A DNA stretch of 51,079 nucleotides from a virus (IMGVR_UViG_3300006893_000011:1-51079), one strand, 5' to 3'; positions 37,419-45,918 are shown, numbered from the stretch's first letter. The notes: generated by a model not told the origin, from the sequence alone. Translations and numbers: made by a program.

Positions 37419-37503
37419 GACTCAAGGACTCAGAGACTCATGGACTCAAGGACTCAAGGACTCAAGGACTCAGAGACTCATGGACTCAGAGACTCAGGGA
37501 CTC
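37419..37503. repeat. tandem array of 11 GACTC sites with 8-bp period (GACTCA-NN)
   Basis: GACTCA followed by AG, GA, TG, AG, AG, AG, GA, TG, GA, GG, then a final GACTC. Confidence 0.95.
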
Positions 37504-37584
37504 TTTTTCTTTTTGCAGCGAGCGCAATGCTGTCGGCGTCGTGCCGCTGGGACGTGGTCGCACTGCCTCTCCGCTCTTGAGTGT

Positions 37585-37902
37585 TTATTCGGCATCCGTT
37601 AGTCTGCATCTGACGTCTGTTACTTCGCCGCGATTGGAATTGACAAAATCGTATAGTTCGCCTTGCGGCGGCACGTTCCTGAACGACATTCCACTAGTGT
37701 GGACTAGCTCGTTGTTGTTGAACATGCCGCACTCAGCATGTACGCGTCTGATTAGATGGCTCGTATGATTTTTTAGCGTGTAGGGTTGCTCGAAATAGTC
37801 GCCGAGTTGATATTGCTTCCCAGGAACAAGTTCTAAGTCTGCCGCGCTTGCCGCCGTCGAAAGCAAGCCAAGCGCAAGGGTAACTAGTACGATCTTTCTC
37901 AT
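37585..37902 (-). CDS. secreted hypothetical protein
   Basis: Signal peptide MRKIVLVTLALGLLSTAASA; AAGGAG RBS. Confidence 0.65.
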   Translation of the reverse strand: MRKIVLVTLALGLLSTAASAADLELVPGKQYQLGDYFEQPYTLKNHTSHLIRRVHAECGMFNNNELVHTSGMSFRNVPPQGELYDFVNSNRGEVTDVRCRLTDAE

Positions 37903-38170
37903 TGTTCGACTCCTTTGTTGGTGGCGCATTTAGGCTTCTCCGCTCTTGAGTTGGTATCCTAACGCCAGCGCGATAGCCATGACGGTCAATGTGTTGGTGG
38001 CTGGCAGTATCATTGCTGCACCTCGAATTCGTAGACTTGCCAGTAAATTCTCTGGAAATCTCTAAATTTAAGAGCTTTGATTTTTTTCCATTTTTTGACA
38101 TAGGCGTCAGCTTTCCGCCTGTTCATAAAAACGGAATCCGGAAAGTCGTTGCTCATAACGACATAGACCT

Positions 38171-38464
38171 TCATGCCGCTTTCGGATTCGATGGGACGAC
38201 GGCGAGGCTGCGATGTGCGCTTGCTGGAGAGTTCTTTAAGTCGAGTAAGTGCATTCGTCGACGATCTCGGCCGCCTGTACTGACACAATGCTGCGTGCGC
38301 GTGATAATGCCGAGAGTGTTGGCGACGCGAACGGCGTCCTCGAACGTCGTGCCGTACCAGTCATAATCCAGCGCGCCTTCGCGGAACCAATCGCGTGCCT
38401 TATCCTTGGCCTTGTCCGACAATTCGTCAAAGTAGTAGACCGTCTTAGTCTGCTCGTGCGGCAT
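38171..38464 (-). pseudogene. probably truncated homologue of a conserved mobile-element protein
   Basis: TVYYFDELSDKAKDKARDWFREG..DYDWY resembles the N-terminus of a longer ICE/phage family; the sequence diverges after ANTLGI. Confidence 0.45.
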
Positions 38465-38478
38465 GATATGCTCCATAT

Positions 38479-39012
38479 ATGTGGTAGGACTCAGGGACTC
38501 TTTGTTTGTAGGTTCTCCTACGGTCCGCAACCGTGATGACGATGCACGTGATGATGTGCATGATATTTCGAGTTATGCGTAGCGCGCCGGTGTGTGTGAT
38601 GTTGATGTTGCCGCTGATGCCTATGGTGTGATTCGGCGTAGTATTTTTTCGGTATCGGACTGCTCCATGTCGCCGCTGCTTTGCTTGGAATGAACTCGAC
38701 GTGAAACAGCGGAGATGGATATTTTTCTACCGCCATTTTGGGTACTGATGGTCCCGCTTGAGGGGCGTCCGGTGCCTTGACGGTCGGAGGGGGCGTGACA
38801 GGCTTGGCAACTGTTGGCGGCATTGGTGCCTTGTTGGGTAGGGCAGCGACCACGGTTGTCTCATGGCATACCGTGCTCTTTCTGGTCTCGCTTGATGCCC
38901 ATGCGACTGTGACAACTGATGCTCCAATGACACAACCAACAAAGCCACTCCAGAGGCTATCGTATCTCATTTTCGTGCTCCATGTGGTAGGACTCAGGGA
39001 CTCTTTGTTTGT
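38479..39012. repeat. 31-bp direct repeat pair bracketing one gene
   Basis: ATGTGGTAGGACTCAGGGACTCTTTGTTTGT at 38479-38509 and 38982-39012. Confidence 0.9.
38518..38970 (-). CDS. membrane-anchored Pro-rich protein with a His-rich tail
   Basis: Hydrophobic N-terminus, P/T/A linker, HH-rich C-terminus, GGAG RBS. Confidence 0.6.
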   Translation of the reverse strand: MRYDSLWSGFVGCVIGASVVTVAWASSETRKSTVCHETTVVAALPNKAPMPPTVAKPVTPPPTVKAPDAPQAGPSVPKMAVEKYPSPLFHVEFIPSKAAATWSSPIPKKYYAESHHRHQRQHQHHTHRRATHNSKYHAHHHVHRHHGCGP

Positions 39013-39081
39013 GGTATTTATCTATACCATCAAGCTAGGGGTTAAGCGCCGGGTTTTCCCGGTCGCTGCGGTTTGTTCCTA

Positions 39082-39291
39082 TCAATCGAGCGTAGCGCGC
39101 TGCGCCAACTCTTGCGATATGTCGCCGCCTTTCGATAGCGAGTCGATCCAGTCGCACCATGTGACTCGCGTATCGGCCGGGTACATGGTGCCGTTGCCGC
39201 TGTAGTTCTTGATTTTCTTGCGTGGCAGGTTCGGGAACGTCTGCCAGAATTCGCGGCGCAGTTCGCGTTGCGTGGTTATGCGGTAGGTCAT
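39082..39291 (-). CDS. small phage hypothetical protein
   Basis: AAGGAG RBS; operon context. Confidence 0.65.
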   Translation of the reverse strand: MTYRITTQRELRREFWQTFPNLPRKKIKNYSGNGTMYPADTRVTWCDWIDSLSKGGDISQELAQRATLD

Positions 39292-39294
39292 GAC

Positions 39295-39495
39295 TCAAGA
39301 CTCCTTTGCTAGGCGCGCGTCGCGCTGTTCATTGTTTTCGACTTGGACAATATCGCCGACACGATAGACTCGTTTGCCAACGTCGCCGGGCAGTAAACGG
39401 CCAATGCACTGGTACAGCGCACGCCATTGCTTGCCGGGTGACTTAGGATTGCGGACGTGTTCTGCGGTTATGGTGTAGAGATATTCGGGACGCAT
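39295..39495 (-). CDS. small phage hypothetical protein
   Basis: AGGAG RBS; operon context. Confidence 0.65.
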   Translation of the reverse strand: MRPEYLYTITAEHVRNPKSPGKQWRALYQCIGRLLPGDVGKRVYRVGDIVQVENNEQRDARLAKES

Positions 39496-39503
39496 GTTTG
39501 CTC

Positions 39504-39941
39504 CTACTTGTAGACCGCGATTCCGCGGCTATAGCAGCTATCGACTTTCGCGCCTTCCGGCACGTCGCCCGGCCGCAAGATATAGAGCGCGACGCCGCGT
39601 GGATCGCCCTGCACATAGGCGGTAAAGCCGGGATAGTTGGCCATGATCTTGGCAATGCGCTTGCGCGCGCCCTTTTCGCGGTCAGGGATAGGCGAATAAC
39701 GCGCCTTGATTTCCGTGTGCGAGTGGTATTCAATGAACGGTTTTCCGTCGTCGTCATAGATAAACTCGCGATTCTCTTTCCGGCCGCGCGCAATCGTCCA
39801 TGAACCGAAGTCGTTACCGTCGCCACATTCCAGCTCATGCCAGCGATGCAGCGCCATGGCCGCGCGCCGTAAGGTGATAGCGTCGTCTAATGAGATTCCA
39901 ATGGCGACCAGCCATTGAATGCACTCGGGTTGCTTTGCCAT
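39504..39941 (-). CDS. conserved hypothetical protein
   Basis: LHRWHELEC.G...QGDPRG..LYI; first gene after an operator-bearing promoter. Confidence 0.7.
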   Translation of the reverse strand: MAKQPECIQWLVAIGISLDDAITLRRAAMALHRWHELECGDGNDFGSWTIARGRKENREFIYDDDGKPFIEYHSHTEIKARYSPIPDREKGARKRIAKIMANYPGFTAYVQGDPRGVALYILRPGDVPEGAKVDSCYSRGIAVYK

Positions 39942-40462
39942 TGTCTTTTGCTCCGTTGTCTATGGTGTATATCTATACCAGCGGGGGACTCAAGTCAAGA
40001 ACTATTTTTTATCCGCTTGTGAGCAAAACGATACAGTCTGCGGATAATAGAGGGGATAAACACGCCTGGACTCAACAGGGAGATTCGGGCATGTTTGATT
40101 CCTTCGGCCGTGTGATCTGTTACGCTTGCGGTTCCAGGGTGAAGCTTAACACATTCGAGGCTAGTCCTGGGGGACGGCGTTTCGTCGTTATGGATTGCGC
40201 TAATTGCGGTCCTACGGGCAAATTTTGGTTGACCGAGACGGAAGCGGAACGGGGCACCTCTTTAGCCGCAAGCGCCGTCGACAATATCGCCGCAAGCCAG
40301 CCATAGGACTCGCTGTAAATTCTGCTCATGGTCCGCAAGCTCGTCCTTATCCCATGCGCCATACTCGCGCAGTGTCTTGACCAGCTTGTCGACGTCTAAC
40401 GCGTCGAGTTGTTTCTTGACGTATGGCACTTGCGACAACGCAAGCGCATGGTTGCGCCCTCC

Positions 40463-40729
40463 CTATTCGGCAATGACGCTATAGGCGCCGATGCTGGTTG
40501 AATACTTGCGGCGGAGAATTGCGCCGTGCGGAATGGCATGCAATGCGAAGCACTCGATTAGCTCGCCTGCCCTATAGCCGCGCCCATTGCGGCGGACCTG
40601 TAACGTGACTCGTTGCTCGGTTGACGGCGCGCCGCTTGTCCCGGTTATCGCAGTGACAACGCAGGGGATTAGGCCATTGAATCCGTCGAAATATGCGGGA
40701 AGGCTTTTAGCTAGTGTGTTGCGAGACAT
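40463..40729 (-). CDS. small phage hypothetical protein
   Basis: CCTACCACA and GGAG upstream. Confidence 0.65.
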   Translation of the reverse strand: MSRNTLAKSLPAYFDGFNGLIPCVVTAITGTSGAPSTEQRVTLQVRRNGRGYRAGELIECFALHAIPHGAILRRKYSTSIGAYSVIAE

Positions 40730-40771
40730 TGTTCGACTCCATTGTGGTAGGTTGTTTGCAGGTTCGCGCGA

Positions 40772-41155
40772 TTAAGCTTTAGCCTTGCGCGCGCGGCACA
40801 ACTGACTCCAGTCCGCGCCATACCGGCCGTGATAGATCGAGCCGTTCGTTCCCTTGAACCGGACCGCCACCATCTTGCGGCTAATGTTCGTGCGGAATGC
40901 TCGGCGTGTTAGCGTGCCCGGAACGTCAAGGCGCGTACCTAACCACGTTTCAGCGGCATAGAACACGCGCGGCCCGTTGCCGATGCTAGGCGCTTCGTGC
41001 CGCACGATATAAACCGCGTGACGATCGGGCGCCTGCGCCCATATCGCCAGTTCCGCGGATTCTACTTTGGCGTTGTGGTCCGCGGCGTTAGCAATGTCCG
41101 CCTTTCCATCTGGCGTGAACGTCGCGCCGTGGAATTCAAAAGCGTATCCGCTCAT
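40772..41155 (-). CDS. phage hypothetical protein
   Basis: CCTACCACA and GGGAG upstream. Confidence 0.7.
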   Translation of the reverse strand: MSGYAFEFHGATFTPDGKADIANAADHNAKVESAELAIWAQAPDRHAVYIVRHEAPSIGNGPRVFYAAETWLGTRLDVPGTLTRRAFRTNISRKMVAVRFKGTNGSIYHGRYGADWSQLCRARKAKA

Positions 41156-41969
41156 GGTGGGCTCCCGTTGTGGTAGGGTTTGCGGTTATTCGCTGGACTC
41201 GTCTGACTCGGCCTCAGACCAGGCGCGTTCATGGCGCGACCAAAAACGATCGAGTCGACCAAGGTCGAATTGTGCACAAATCACAAAGCCTAGGCGTCAA
41301 GAATATCTTTGCGGGTAATGTCCATAGCTCGACTCCGTGTGTGGTAGGGTTTTTTTGTGATTCCACTATGGCCGCAACCGCGGGAGTTGTTTCGATTGCG
41401 GCCATGATTGAATCGCGTGTTTTGTTGTGCCGTGCGCCTCCTATGGTAGTTGCGGTTAAATCAATCTTCCCACTTATCGGCGCTGGAATAGCGCGCGAGA
41501 TAATCGGTCATCGCCGGCGGCGAATCGTGCTGCGGCAGTTCCAGGGCGCGCAACGCTGCGGCTGTGGTGCCGATGACATGGCGAGCGCGCTTGGCGCGTT
41601 CCGCTATGAGATATTGGACATTGCTGGTATTGGACATTTTGTTCGCTCCGTTCTTATGGTCTAAATCTATACCAGCGCAGATCGGAATGCAAGCGAAAAA
41701 TGCAGGTTTCAGCGAAAAAAGTTGCGGCGTCGTGTCGCATAGCAAAACGGCCGGGCGCAATGTCCCGGCCGCTGGTAGCTGATAAGTGGGCGATAGGGTT
41801 TAGGAGCGGACCTGTTGCGTGAACGTGTGCGGCGCGTCCTTGGCTGGCAGTTCTCCGCGCGCGATCATTTTCGCCGTTTTGTAACGGTAGCCCAGGACCA
41901 CGATGGCGACCGTGAAAGCAAGCGAAGCGCCGCAATAGACTACGATGGCGGCCATGATGATGCTCATGG

Positions 41970-42161
41970 TCAAATCGCCTTACGAGAGAGATTCGACATT
42001 GCGGGCGCCGAGCGATACCGGCGGAACTCGCAATCGGTATATTTGCGGCATGCGGACATGGCCGACTCGAACGTGCCGTGCGTGGATAGGTCGCGGCCGG
42101 TAGATTCGTTGAACGCCGTCCAATGGCCGGTTTGATTCAGGTATGCTCCGAAGATATTCAT
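41970..42161 (-). CDS. small phage hypothetical protein
   Basis: CCTACCACA and GGAG upstream of MNIFGAY. Confidence 0.6.
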   Translation of the reverse strand: MNIFGAYLNQTGHWTAFNESTGRDLSTHGTFESAMSACRKYTDCEFRRYRSAPAMSNLSRKAI

Positions 42162-42553
42162 GGGGGATTCGCTCCGTTGTGGTAGGATTGTGGAACTCTT
42201 GTGGTTCCCTATTGCCCCGGTTAAATGCCGAGGCAACAAGTAACCGCATTAGTCAGATGCAAAGTCAAGCGCCCGCTCCGCTAGTTCGCAGGCGCGACGT
42301 GCGGCGTTCAAGGCCTTGCCGTCTAGCTCGCCGAGGCGATGCATGCGCCGGGCTTGCTCATAGGCGCTTGTGGCGCGGCAAGCATTCGTAAGGGCGCGGC
42401 GATAGTCGTTGTTCATGACACGTTTGCTCCTGCCTTCGCATTGCATTCCGCATAGGCGCGAATTGCATTCGTCCATTGCCGAGTCGACAACTTTCACTAG
42501 CTCGCGCGCAATAGCTCGCATGTTGCCAGCGTCTTGAATCTCCAAGGCGACCT

Positions 42554-42636
42554 GGCCCGTGCTACGGGCATATGCTCCGCAAATCATAGTGGTTACCTTT
42601 TGATACTTACTTACGAAAAGTTAGCCCATGACGCGC
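42554..42636 (-). repeat. 83-bp perfect inverted repeat, left copy (partner at 45666-45748)
   Basis: Reverse complement is identical to 45666-45748. Confidence 0.95.
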
Positions 42637-42640
42637 GGGG

Positions 42641-42898
42641 TCAGATCACGTAATCAGCGGGAGTCGGCACGTCGTCAGCGAACCAATGCTTTTCGCTTAA
42701 CAAGTCCGCCGCAATTTCTTCCGCCTCCGCGCCGTCTAGACGATTGCCGAGATATGACCACACGGCCACGAATAGCGGTTCAAAGCCACATTGCCAGCCG
42801 ACTAATCGGGCATTAGCGGGAATCTCCGCTGCGGTGCGCTCAGATAGCGCATCGTCGACGCAATAGGCGATATAGGGGAAAGCTTGTTCGCGATTCAT
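42641..42898 (-). CDS. small acidic hypothetical protein
   Basis: AACGGAGCGAAC leader. Confidence 0.6.
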   Translation of the reverse strand: MNREQAFPYIAYCVDDALSERTAAEIPANARLVGWQCGFEPLFVAVWSYLGNRLDGAEAEEIAADLLSEKHWFADDVPTPADYVI

Positions 42899-43034
42899 GA
42901 TCGTTCGCTCCGTTGCGATTCGAGTGAAAATTCCTCGCCTTGCGCCTGGGCATAACCAGGAAGGCTACCGCGCGCAATGCCGAGGTAAACGCGCGGCGGA
43001 CAATCCTGAGACATGGCCCAAGATGTTCCCGCGA

Positions 43035-43232
43035 TCAGACTTTTACGATTTGATAGTGAGTGCGCTGTGTCAGATAGCGAAGATAGGTCGCAAGCTCGCC
43101 AGACTTGACTAGCTCACATTGTCCCGGCTGATGTTCGCTGCGATAGAATGAAAACATATAACGCCGCTCCGTTTCGCCGGCAAAAATGCCCGCATCATAA
43201 TAGCGCACGAAAGGTTTGCTTAGGTCCGTCAT
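43035..43232 (-). CDS. small phage hypothetical protein
   Basis: AACGGAGCAAAC leader before MTDLSKP. Confidence 0.6.
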   Translation of the reverse strand: MTDLSKPFVRYYDAGIFAGETERRYMFSFYRSEHQPGQCELVKSGELATYLRYLTQRTHYQIVKV

Positions 43233-43245
43233 TGGTTTGCTCCGT

Positions 43246-43443
43246 TTAGATTGCGTTGGCATTGAATTTTTCGGAAGGCCGGAAGGAATGCACGATACCG
43301 GCCTTGCTGTTTTCCACCGTCACCACATAGTCGGGGCATTCCGCCCGCAGTGAGCTAAGGAGGAATTCCACTTGAATCGCCGAGCTGGCGGAGGCAGCGA
43401 ACTTGCGGCCGGTTCCGGGGTCATGCGCGGTCAAGTGATACAT
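43246..43443 (-). CDS. small phage hypothetical protein
   Basis: AACGGAGCGGAC leader; operator upstream. Confidence 0.6.
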   Translation of the reverse strand: MYHLTAHDPGTGRKFAASASSAIQVEFLLSSLRAECPDYVVTVENSKAGIVHSFRPSEKFNANAI

Positions 43444-43677
43444 GGTCCGCTCCGTTGCTGGTATTAATCAATACCATCGCAACGCGGAACGCAAGCGAAT
43501 AAGCAATGCGATTATAGCTGGGCAGCAATGCAATAATGCCGCTTGCAATACCGTTGCGTGTCGGTATAGATTTATACCGCAAAATGCGAATGTTGAGCCT
43601 CTGAAGCGGCGTTTAACTATCTTGAGTCCGCACTGGGGGCGGTTCATAACCGTTGGCATAGGCAATAAGGAGGCACC

Positions 43678-43890
43678 ATGAACACCGCACTAATTCTGAG
43701 TCACCTAATCGTGGTAGCTATGATCCCCGGTCTTGATTGCGACACGGATTCGCATTGCGAACAAGCTGCTGCGACGTGGGGATGCGATACCTACTACAGC
43801 GATAAGGCGGACAGCGGTTCCGAAATCTTCATTTGCGACCGCAATACGTTCGAGCGTAAAATCCGGGAGTATCAATCGGCCGGAAAATAA
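43678..43890 (+). CDS. small secreted Cys-rich protein
   Basis: AAGGAGG RBS; hydrophobic N-terminus; four Cys. Confidence 0.6.
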   Translation: MNTALILSHLIVVAMIPGLDCDTDSHCEQAAATWGCDTYYSDKADSGSEIFICDRNTFERKIREYQSAGK

Positions 43891-43959
43891 ATTGCTGCCC
43901 CCTCTTGACGGCCCGAATCTTCCGGTATAGATTTATACCGTTAGATAGGAGCGAACGTC

Positions 43960-44859
43960 ATGCCATACGGAACCGAATTCGACGACGATCTTTCAGACCT
44001 GATAGACGGCGACGCGAAAGCGCCTGTTAACCGCGCCCCGGTCGATTACAAGCCGATAACGGAACGGGCTTTCACGGAACCGTGTTCTAAGTGTCGCGGT
44101 TCCGGCCGCTTTGTTGGATATACTGGCCGAATCCTTGGCGCGTGTTTCGAGTGCAAAGGAACCGGCAAATTGACGTTCAAAACGTCAAAAGACTTTCGCG
44201 CCCAGGCTAAGGCACAGCGCGACGTGCGCGCCAACGCCAAGCGAATCGAGGAACAACGCGACCGTGACCAGCAAATCGAGGCGTTCAAGACGGAACATGC
44301 TGAAATCTACGCTTGGATGACAGAGTCGGCCGCAACCTTTGAATTCGCGCGTAGCATGCAAGAGTCCTTGTGGCGCTTCGGTTCCTTGACCGAGAATCAG
44401 ATGGCCGCCTGCCGCAAGTGTCTAGCCGGGCGCGAGCGCGCCAAGGCGGAACGGGCGCAGCGCGAGTCGGCCGCCCCGACAATCGAGGTTAGCGCAATCG
44501 AACGTGCATTCGCCGCCGCCACGGAAGCCCGGTTGAAATGGCCGCGCCTCTGTCTCGATTCGTTTACGTTCAAGCCCGCTGGCCCGGCAAGCAAGAATGC
44601 CGGTTCAATCTATGTGACCGAGTCGGATAACTATCTCGGCAAGATCACAGCCGGGAAATTCATTGCCACGCGCGATTGCGGCGTCGATCGGCAAGCCCGC
44701 ATTCTCGCTGCTGCGGCCGATCCATTCCAAGCGGCGAAAGCCTACGGCATGCGAACCGGGCAATGCGGTTGCTGCGGGCGCGAGCTAACGAATGGCGCCT
44801 CGATTGACCTTGGCATTGGCCCAATATGCGCGGCTAAATATGGGTGGTGGGGAGAATAG
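43960..44859 (+). CDS. DUF6011-domain protein with N-terminal CxxCxGxG zinc finger
   Basis: CSKCRGSG...CFECKGTG; C-terminal CGCCGRELT...SI..GIGPICA. Confidence 0.8.
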   Translation: MPYGTEFDDDLSDLIDGDAKAPVNRAPVDYKPITERAFTEPCSKCRGSGRFVGYTGRILGACFECKGTGKLTFKTSKDFRAQAKAQRDVRANAKRIEEQRDRDQQIEAFKTEHAEIYAWMTESAATFEFARSMQESLWRFGSLTENQMAACRKCLAGRERAKAERAQRESAAPTIEVSAIERAFAAATEARLKWPRLCLDSFTFKPAGPASKNAGSIYVTESDNYLGKITAGKFIATRDCGVDRQARILAAAADPFQAAKAYGMRTGQCGCCGRELTNGASIDLGIGPICAAKYGWWGE

Positions 44860-44975
44860 CGGTTAAGCGCCGAAGCAATGCTTGACAAATCCTAAATAAT
44901 CGCTACAATACGAGTTATTTGTTCAGCCCGGTTAATAGCCGGGCTTTACCGCGTTCCGTGCTGGCGCCACAAAGT

Positions 44976-45102
44976 AAAACCCCGGCATGGGAACCATACC
45001 GGGGCAGTAAGTCTAGGAGGAATCTGTGAGGTTTGTGCTGCTTGCCGCTTTAAGTATCCGGCGCCATGGGAACCTCCCTTGGGTTTGTGGTAGGAGAAGT
45101 GC
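44976..45102 (-). ncRNA. candidate small RNA
   Basis: TTGCAT-17-TATTAT promoter (45137-45109) and terminator hairpin 44980-45004 followed by TTTT; only a 5-codon ORF inside. Confidence 0.5.
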
Positions 45103-45364
45103 GAACGGATAATAACCGCAAACGCGGTTAAATGCAAGAGGCGCGGATAATGGAGGCGGAATGTCGCAGAATGGCGAGCGCGACCGAGTAGGAAGCCAGC
45201 TGGCGCGTCAAACCGACCAGCCCGCTAGGCTGCTACCATCAACCACGGAAAACGAATGGACGGGGGAATGATAGGCTACTTGGGAGGTATTTTGGTAGTC
45301 ATCGGGCTTGTAGCCGGATGCGGATTAGTTGCCTTTATGGCCCTTGTCGGTCTTGCGGCATTAA

Positions 45365-45565
45365 ATGGCAATTAGTGAGACGGCAATCAAAGCTCTTGTC
45401 GAAGAACAGGCCAATGACGACGGTCTATGGTTTCAAGCTGAGACGTGCGCCGAGGCTTACCTGCAGCAAGAGCTTCGCAGACTTCACGCAACCATTGAAG
45501 GCAAATCACCGGAGCAATGTGTGAGTGATTTGCTCGCCCAGGGAGTTGGGGCGCCAGGATTCTAA
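45365..45565 (+). CDS. small phage hypothetical protein
   Basis: VEEQANDDGLWF.A....EAYLQQELRRLH..IE. Confidence 0.6.
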   Translation: MAISETAIKALVEEQANDDGLWFQAETCAEAYLQQELRRLHATIEGKSPEQCVSDLLAQGVGAPGF

Positions 45566-45665
45566 CCTGGGACCTATTGGTGGAAACGATCGGGGTTACT
45601 GTGAGCAATGCCAATAAGGCTCCAGGGCCCAGGCGGGGACAAGCATTTCGCGCGCATGTCCGCTG

Positions 45666-45748
45666 GCGCGTCATGGGCTAACTTTTCGTAAGTAAGTATC
45701 AAAAGGTAACCACTATGATTTGCGGAGCATATGCCCGTAGCACGGGCC
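45666..45748 (+). repeat. 83-bp perfect inverted repeat, right copy
   Basis: Identical to the reverse complement of 42554-42636. Confidence 0.95.
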
Positions 45749-45918
45749 GACCATGCCAGCGTCAACGGCTTCCTGGGCGCCCCCGTTGCATCATGCACGG
45801 CGGCCATTGGAGGAGCGGTAAGAGAACGCCGGAAGGGATACAGCGCGCTATTGAAGGCACCCGGCGCTATTGGGAGCAACGGCGCGCTGCCGAGGCGCTG
45901 GCGGCGAGCGTCACGTGA
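45715..45918 (+). CDS. HGGxSTG-motif small protein
   Basis: CGA..RSTG.PC.......RC.MHGG..SG.RTPEG. Confidence 0.75.
   Translation: MICGAYARSTGRPCQRQRLPGRPRCIMHGGHWRSGKRTPEGIQRAIEGTRRYWEQRRAAEALAASVT

Noticed and set aside
37419-37503. CRISPR array
   Set aside because: 8-bp period with no unique spacers and no cas genes.
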